Source: an uncultured Acidobacteriota bacterium (GTDB taxonomy: Bacteria > Acidobacteriota > Thermoanaerobaculia > UBA5066 > DATFVB01). Taken from it: a DNA stretch of 64,000 bases. The stretch covers positions 192,001-256,000 of the forward strand of contig CAWEYG010000001.1 of assembly GCA_963813155.1 (NCBI GenBank), in the 5' to 3' direction. The notes under the pieces are model-generated. The model was given only the letters and a program-made list of their open reading frames with translations, was not told the origin of the DNA and made no database searches. This document shows, piece after piece, positions 58,213 to 64,000 of this stretch. How positions within the stretch are numbered: position 1 is the stretch's first letter; every line of letters starts with the position of its first letter. Made by a program: the position numbers and the translations under genes.

Positions 58213-58363
58213 CGACGCTATTCTAGCTGTCTCCCGCCCGGGCCGCCCCCGGGAATTCCGGGGGGCGAAAAAACGTTCTTGAGGACCGGCGGCTTTTTGA
58301 TTATTATCATGGTTTTGGTTCAGGGAAGAGACGAACCAGAGAGACGGAAAAGGGACGAACGAG

Positions 58364-58573
58364 ATGAAGAAAAACCTGCACCCCGAATACCACGAGGTCC
58401 TCGTCCACTGCGCGTGCGGCGAGACGTTCAACACCCGGTCGACGAAGAAGGAGCTGCGGCTCGAAATCTGCAGCAAATGCCACCCCTTCTTCACGGGGAA
58501 GCAAAAGCTGGTCGATTCCGCGGGACGCGTCGAACGGTTCCAGAAGCGTTACCAGAAGCGCGCGAACGCCTGA
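58364..58573 (+). CDS. rpmE: 50S ribosomal protein L31 (Zn-binding type)
   Basis: [32 protein letters not shown]. Confidence 0.98.
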   Translation: MKKNLHPEYHEVLVHCACGETFNTRSTKKELRLEICSKCHPFFTGKQKLVDSAGRVERFQKRYQKRANA

Positions 58574-58576
58574 TCC

Positions 58577-59527
58577 ATGCCCTCTGACGCTTACACTCTC
58601 AATCCCGACATGCTGGTCGGGGGCCAGGCCGTTCTGGAGGGAGTGATGATGCGCTCGGCGCGCGGGTACGCCGTGGCCGTGCGGCGTCCGGACGGGACCC
58701 TCGTTTTCGACCGGGACGAGATCCATGCCCCCTCGGCGAAGTTTCGGCCCCTCAGGTGGCCGGTGCTTCGCGGCTCGACGATCCTGATTCAATCCCTGCT
58801 GCTCGGCTTCCGGGCCCTTTCGTTCGCGGCGCACCATTCGGTCCCCGAATCGTCCCGTCCGGAGGGGTCGGCGGACCGGGCGAGCCGCGCCGCGATCGCC
58901 GCCAGCCTGGCCGTGGCCGTCCTCTTCGGGCTCGGCCTCTTTCTGTTCCTCCCGCTCCTCCTGACGAACCTCGTCAAGGCCCGTTTTTCCCCGGGCCTCG
59001 GCACGCTCGCCTTCAACGCCGTCGACGGCGGAATCCGGGTTCTTTTCTTCTTCGGGTACCTCGCCGCGATCTCGAAGCTGGCCGACATCCGCCGGGTGTT
59101 CGAATACCACGGAGCCGAGCACAAGGTGGTCTACACGTTCGAGGCGGGAGAGGACCTGACGGTGGAAAACGCTTCCCGCAAATCGCGCCTGCACCCGCGC
59201 TGCGGAACGTCGTTTCTCCTGTTCGTGCTCGCGATCTCGATCGCGGTCTTCGCGCTCATTCCGTCGTCCGCGCCGTTCCTGGTGAAGCTCGCTTCGAGAA
59301 TCGTGTTCATCCCCGTCATCGCCGGCCTCGCGTACGAAACCATCCGGTTCTCGTCGAAGCACGTCGATTCCCCCGTCTTTCGGTTCCTGATCACGCCGGG
59401 CCTGTGGCTTCAGCGGATCACGACGCGCGAGCCGTCCGCCGACCAGATCGAAGTCGCGATCGCGGCCCTCCGGGAGGCCCTGACGTTCGACCTCGCTTCG
59501 GCCACCCCGCAAGCCGCCGTCCTCTAG
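58577..59527 (+). CDS. DUF1385 (YqhQ-like) membrane protein
   Basis: GGQAVLEGVMM, YHGAEHK, HPRCGTSF, LQRITTREP; conserved rpmE-prfA context. Confidence 0.92.
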   Translation: MPSDAYTLNPDMLVGGQAVLEGVMMRSARGYAVAVRRPDGTLVFDRDEIHAPSAKFRPLRWPVLRGSTILIQSLLLGFRALSFAAHHSVPESSRPEGSADRASRAAIAASLAVAVLFGLGLFLFLPLLLTNLVKARFSPGLGTLAFNAVDGGIRVLFFFGYLAAISKLADIRRVFEYHGAEHKVVYTFEAGEDLTVENASRKSRLHPRCGTSFLLFVLAISIAVFALIPSSAPFLVKLASRIVFIPVIAGLAYETIRFSSKHVDSPVFRFLITPGLWLQRITTREPSADQIEVAIAALREALTFDLASATPQAAVL

Positions 59528-59573
59528 CGCGTTCCGCGGCCGAGGGCGCGGAACGAGGAAAAGAGGAATCGGA

Positions 59574-60653
59574 ATGATCGACAAGCTCCAGGAAATCGAA
59601 AAAAAATACACGAGCCTCCAGGCGCGGCTCGAAGATCCGGCTGTCGCCCAGGATTACGCCGCGGTGCGCGACACCCAGAAGGCGCTGACCGAGTTCCAGC
59701 CCATCGTCGAGAAGTATCGCGAATACCGCAAAACGAAGGCCGACTGGGACGGGGCCCAGGAGCTCCTTTCGTCGACCGGCGCCGGCGAGGAGCTCCACGC
59801 CCTCGCGGAGTCGGAATCGTCCGAGCTCCGCCAGAAATTGGCCGCGATCGAGGAAGATCTGCGGCTCCTTCTGGTTCCCCGGGACCCGAACGATTCGAAG
59901 AACGTCATCCTCGAAATCCGCGGCGGCACGGGCGGCGAGGAAGCCTCACTGTTCGCTGGCGACCTCCTGCGCATGTACCAGAGATACGCGGAGAACAACC
60001 GGTGGAAGTTCGAAATGATCGATCTCGAGGAGACCGGCCTTCGCGGCGTGAAGTCCGCGACGGCCATCGTCGAGGGCGCGGGGGCTTACTCCCGCCTGAA
60101 GTACGAGGGAGGGGTTCATCGGGTTCAGCGGGTGCCCCAGACGGAGGCTTCCGGCCGGATCCACACCTCGGCCGCGACCGTCGCCGTCCTGCCCGAAGCG
60201 GAGGACGTCGACATCGAAGTCAGCGATAAGGACATCCGCGTCGACCGCTTCTGCGCGTCCGGCCCCGGAGGCCAGGGCGTGAACACGACCTACTCGGCGG
60301 TCCGCCTGACTCACCTGCCGACGGGGATCGTCGTCCAGTGCCAGGACGAGCGATCGCAGATCAAGAACAAGGCGAAGGCCATGCGCGTGCTCAAGGCGCG
60401 GCTTCTCGAAGCCGAACAGGAAAAACAGCAGGGCTCGATCGCCGCGGAGCGCAAGAAGATGGTCGGCTCGGGAGACCGGTCGGAGAAGATTCGAACCTAC
60501 AACTTCCCCCAGTCGCGCGTCACGGACCATCGAATCGGAGTCACTTCGCATCGCCTCCAGGAAATCCTCGACGGCCGGCTCGACGAGCTCATCGAGCCGC
60601 TCACGTCCCACTTCCGCGCGGAAAAACTCAAAGAGCAGCTCGCGTCGGCCTAA
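59574..60653 (+). CDS. prfA: Peptide chain release factor 1
   Basis: GGEEA, VQRVPQTE (PxT), GPGGQGVN, DRSEKIRTYN. Confidence 0.97.
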   Translation: MIDKLQEIEKKYTSLQARLEDPAVAQDYAAVRDTQKALTEFQPIVEKYREYRKTKADWDGAQELLSSTGAGEELHALAESESSELRQKLAAIEEDLRLLLVPRDPNDSKNVILEIRGGTGGEEASLFAGDLLRMYQRYAENNRWKFEMIDLEETGLRGVKSATAIVEGAGAYSRLKYEGGVHRVQRVPQTEASGRIHTSAATVAVLPEAEDVDIEVSDKDIRVDRFCASGPGGQGVNTTYSAVRLTHLPTGIVVQCQDERSQIKNKAKAMRVLKARLLEAEQEKQQGSIAAERKKMVGSGDRSEKIRTYNFPQSRVTDHRIGVTSHRLQEILDGRLDELIEPLTSHFRAEKLKEQLASA

Positions 60654-60660
60654 GCGCGCC

Positions 60661-61497
60661 ATGGGCACCGTCGGCCGGCTCCTCGAGACGATCGCGGCGG
60701 CGGATCCCGACGCGAAGCGGGATGCGCGCATCCTCCTTTCGCATGTCCTCGGAAGGGGGCCGCTGGCGTTCTCCCCCGACGAGGTTCTGTCCGGCGCCCA
60801 GGAATCCCTTTTCGGCGAGCTCTGGGCGCGCCGCCGTTCCGGCGAGCCCGCCCAGTACATCCTCGGCGAGTGGGACTTCTTCGGCCGGACTTTTCGGGTC
60901 GATTCCCGGGCGCTGATCCCGCGCCCCGAAACCGAGCACCTGGTCGAAGAGGCGCTTCGCGAAGCGCCGGACGCGGAATCGATTCTCGACCTCGGGTGCG
61001 GAAGCGGAATCGTCGCCGTGACCCTCGCGCTGGAACGGCCGCGAGCGACCGTCGTCGCGATCGACCTCTCGCCGGAAGCGCTCGCGCTTTCCCGCGAGAA
61101 CGCGCGCCGGCACGGGGTTCTCGGCCGGGTGCATCTCGCCGGCTCCGACTGGCTCGCGGCCGTGGGCTCCGCGCGATTCGAGCTCGCCGTCTCGAATCCG
61201 CCTTACGTCTCGCTCGACGAGCGCGAAAGCCTTCCGGAGAGCGTGCGGAGCTTCGAGCCCCACCGCGCGCTTTTCGCGCGGGACGGCGGTCTCTCCGAGA
61301 TTCGGGCGATTCTCGACGGTCTTCCCCGATCCGTCGTCCCCGGCGGCGCGTTCCTGTTCGAATTCGGATTCGGCCAGGAGAACGCGGTCTCGAGAGAAAT
61401 CCTCTCGCGCAACGCCTGGGAGCTTCGCCGAATCGTGCCCGACCTTTCCTCGATTCCCCGCGTCGCCGTCCTGCGCCGGGCTGAACCCGCGGGATAA
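60661..61497 (+). CDS. prmC: Release factor glutamine methyltransferase
   Basis: LIPRPETE, DLGCGSG, SNPPY. Confidence 0.95.
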   Translation: MGTVGRLLETIAAADPDAKRDARILLSHVLGRGPLAFSPDEVLSGAQESLFGELWARRRSGEPAQYILGEWDFFGRTFRVDSRALIPRPETEHLVEEALREAPDAESILDLGCGSGIVAVTLALERPRATVVAIDLSPEALALSRENARRHGVLGRVHLAGSDWLAAVGSARFELAVSNPPYVSLDERESLPESVRSFEPHRALFARDGGLSEIRAILDGLPRSVVPGGAFLFEFGFGQENAVSREILSRNAWELRRIVPDLSSIPRVAVLRRAEPAG

Positions 61498-61509
61498 GAT
61501 CCGCGAGCC

Positions 61510-63880
61510 ATGCCTCTCTCGCCGGGAGCACGCTTCGGTCCCTACGAAGTCCTTTCTCCACTCGGGACGGGCGGAATGGGAGAGGTGTATCGGGCACACG
61601 ACCCGAAGCTCGAGCGGGACGTCGCCTTGAAAGTTCTCCGGCCCGGAGAGGGAAGCGCGGCCTCGGCCGGAGGGCGCCTTCTGCGCGAGGCAAGGGCCGC
61701 TTCGGTTCTCAACCATCCCAACATCGCCACCATCTACGAGACCGGAGAAGCTCGCATCGACGGCGTGACGGTTCCTTACATCGCGATGGAGCTCGTCGAC
61801 GGGCCGACCCTGCAGGAATGGGCTCGAGACCGGCGGCGCGACACCGCGGAGGTCCTCGAAATCGCGATCCAGGTCGCCGGAGCGCTCGCGTTCGCCCACG
61901 CCCGGGGAGTCGTCCACCGGGACGTGAAGCCCTCAAATATCGTTCTTTCGAGCGACTTTCGCGTCAAGATCCTCGACTTCGGCCTTGCTCAGGTCACGCG
62001 TTCGGTCGATCCGTCGGCAACGACCGAGAGCTCCGGGGATTCCCCCGGCCCTGCGGGGACTCTCTCCTACATGGCGCCGGAACAGCTTCGCGGCCTGCCG
62101 GGCGACCCGCAGAGCGACGTGTTCGCGTCCGGCGTGGTCTTCTACGAGCTTCTCGCGGGACAGGCGCCGTTTTCCGGCCGGACGCCGGCCGAAGTCATCG
62201 ACGCGATCCTCCGGGAGGAGCCTCCTCCGCTCGCGCGGCTGGCCCCGGCGGCGCCGCCCGAGTTCTCGCGAATCGTCCGCAAGATGCTGCAGAAGAGCCG
62301 CGAGAAGAGATACGCGACGATGCAGGAGGTTTCCTTCGACCTCGCGTCGCTGCGCGAGAAGGTCGCGCACCGAGAGGCTTCGGCGCCGGCGGCCGTGGCT
62401 GTCATGACATTTTCCAACATCACCCGGGAACCGGACGACGACTGGCTCGGCACCGGAATCGCGGAAACCGTCTCGGCCGACCTCAAGGCTGTGCCCGGGG
62501 TCACGATCATCGGACGCGAGCGGGTCTCCGAGGTCCTGAGCCGGGCTTCCACGCGCGAACCGGCCGAAGAGATGTTCGTCGAAGCGGGAAGGCTCCTCGG
62601 CGCCCGGTGGATCGTCGCCGGAGGCTTTCAGCGGCAGGGCGACACCCTTCGCGTCACGGCGCGGTTCGTCGAGGTCTCGACCGGCTCGGTCCTTCGCACC
62701 GTCAAAATCGACGGACCTCTCGCAGAGATCTTCGCCCTGCAGGACAGGATCGTCGCCGATCTCTCCCGCGACCTGCGACTCGACCTCGACGACGCGCCCG
62801 AGTCCCGGCCGGCCGACATCGACGACACGCGCGTGATGGCCGCCTACGAAGCGTACAGCCGGGGTCTCATCAATGTCCGGGCCGCCAGCCGCGATTCTCT
62901 CGACCGCGCGATCCTCCTCTTCGAGAAGGCCGTGGAGCTCGACCCGGCCTACGTGAATGCCCTCCTGGCGCTGGGCTCGGCCTATTCCGACAAGGGGGAG
63001 TACCTCGGCGTCACCGAGCTCGGAGCCCGGTCGCTGGAGGTCTTTCGAAAGGCGGCCGAGCTTCGGCCCGATTCGGCGGTAGCCTGGCGGGGCATCGGAT
63101 CGGCGCTGCTGTTTCTCCGGAAGGACGACGAGGCCCTCGCGGCGTCCCGCCGGGCCTCCGAGCTCGCTCCCGACGACGCTCTCGTTCACTCGGGGCTCGC
63201 GCGCGTGTATTTCCTCGGCCAGGCGGATTTTCGCGCGGCGGCCTCCGAATACGAGAAGGCGATCGAGCTGAACCCGAACGCCGGGTGGGCGACCCTTCAG
63301 CTCGCCCACTGCCTCGCCCTCCTGTCGGACCTGGAAGGAGGCCGACGGGCGGCCGCCCGCGCGGTCGAGCTTCAGGCGCAGTTCCTTTCGGGGAAAGACG
63401 GGCTCTTCATCATCGGGGCGCACACCCGCATGGGACACCTGCTCGCGCTCGAAGGTCGGTACGCCGAAGCCGTCGTCGAGTTCGAAAGGGAGCTCGGCTT
63501 CCTGCGCGGGATCGACCACGCGCTCAAGGACCGTGCGCTCGTCGAGCTCGAACGCCCGGCTCGGGAGCGCGGAGCTTCGAAGCGGAAGAAGCCCGGCCGC
63601 GCTCGAGCATCTGTCGGCCGCGGTCGAAGGCTTCGAACGCCGGCTCCGAATCGGCGCCGGCGACCCGTTCACCGGCTATTACGCGGCCTGCGCGCTTGCG
63701 ATGCAGGGAGAGGCCGCGCGGGCGATCGACGCTCTCGAAGCCGCGGCCGCCGCGAGACCGGCGTACACGGTCGCGAGGGCCCGCCTCGACTCGGATTTCG
63801 AAGGGCTTCGCGGAGATCCGCGCTTTCAATCCCTGCTCGGGATGTGGCACGATCCGCGCCGTGGAAAAATTTCGGATTGA
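61510..63880 (+). CDS. Hanks-type Ser/Thr kinase with TolB-N-like and TPR domains (frameshift near 63550)
   Basis: GTGGMGEVY, VALK, HRDVKPSN, DFG, YMAPE; TPRs; C-terminus ARLDSDFEGLRGDPRF in ORF 63533..63880. Confidence 0.9.
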
Positions 63881-64000
63881 AGGACCGACCCGCCTGCAGG
63901 GGTCCGTTCGCGTTTCCGGCGCGAAGAACGCCGCGCTGCCCGCATTCGCCGCCGCCCTTCTGACCAAGAGATCCCGTTCGGCTGACAACGTTCCGAGGGT
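63861..64000 (+). CDS. murA: UDP-N-acetylglucosamine enolpyruvyl transferase (5' fragment)
   Basis: GTG start; EKFRIEGPTRLQGSVRVSGAKNAALP. Confidence 0.88.
   Translation, partial: MEKFRIEGPTRLQGSVRVSGAKNAALPAFAAALLTKRSRSADNVPR

Noticed and set aside
58244-58273. GC hairpin followed by an A-run between the FHA gene and rpmE as a terminator
   Set aside because: It lies between divergent genes and no U-tract follows the stem on either strand.
1-64000. Frameshifts in tal, tkt, gpmI, LMF, tmk, PKD, S-layer candidate, dnaJ-like and kinase genes as pseudogenes or programmed frameshifting
   Set aside because: They hit essential housekeeping genes as well, homology continues cleanly across each shift, and no shared slippery motif is evident. 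Long-read indel errors are the simplest explanation.

Overview
High-GC (~68% by eye) bacterial chromosomal window. The gene repertoire suggests Acidobacteriota, probably Thermoanaerobaculia (inference). Many conserved genes (tal, tkt, gpmI, tmk, a DnaJ-class gene, a Ser/Thr kinase) carry single-base frameshifts, most likely long-read assembly errors rather than real pseudogenes. From left to right: central carbon genes (tal-rpiB-tkt, gpmI, pyk); a DCC1-LMF fusion; radical SAM, KdoO-like hydroxylase and two WxxGxW lipoproteins; a sigma54-linked partner-switching locus (PDZ/TM/GAF PP2C, TPR, GAF-bEBP, sigma54 promoter with enhancer-like sites, a hidden ~50 aa hydrophobic ORF, RsbW-like, STAS, GAF-PP2C); tmk-holB followed by an unannotated ~150 nt rod-shaped RNA with its own promoter; a ~20 kb surface-glycan locus in which wzm and wzt are split by three secreted-protein genes, one of them a strong S-layer candidate whose long 5'UTR mirrors the 16S rRNA 3' end; a divergent XRE+TPR pair; a sigma54 two-component system sharing its membrane sensor module with the PP2C; and rpmE-DUF1385-prfA-prmC-kinase-murA. 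No tRNA, rRNA, CRISPR array or mobile element was seen. The best candidates for undescribed systems are the S-layer plus glycosylation locus, the sigma54/partner-switch circuit and the structured ncRNA.
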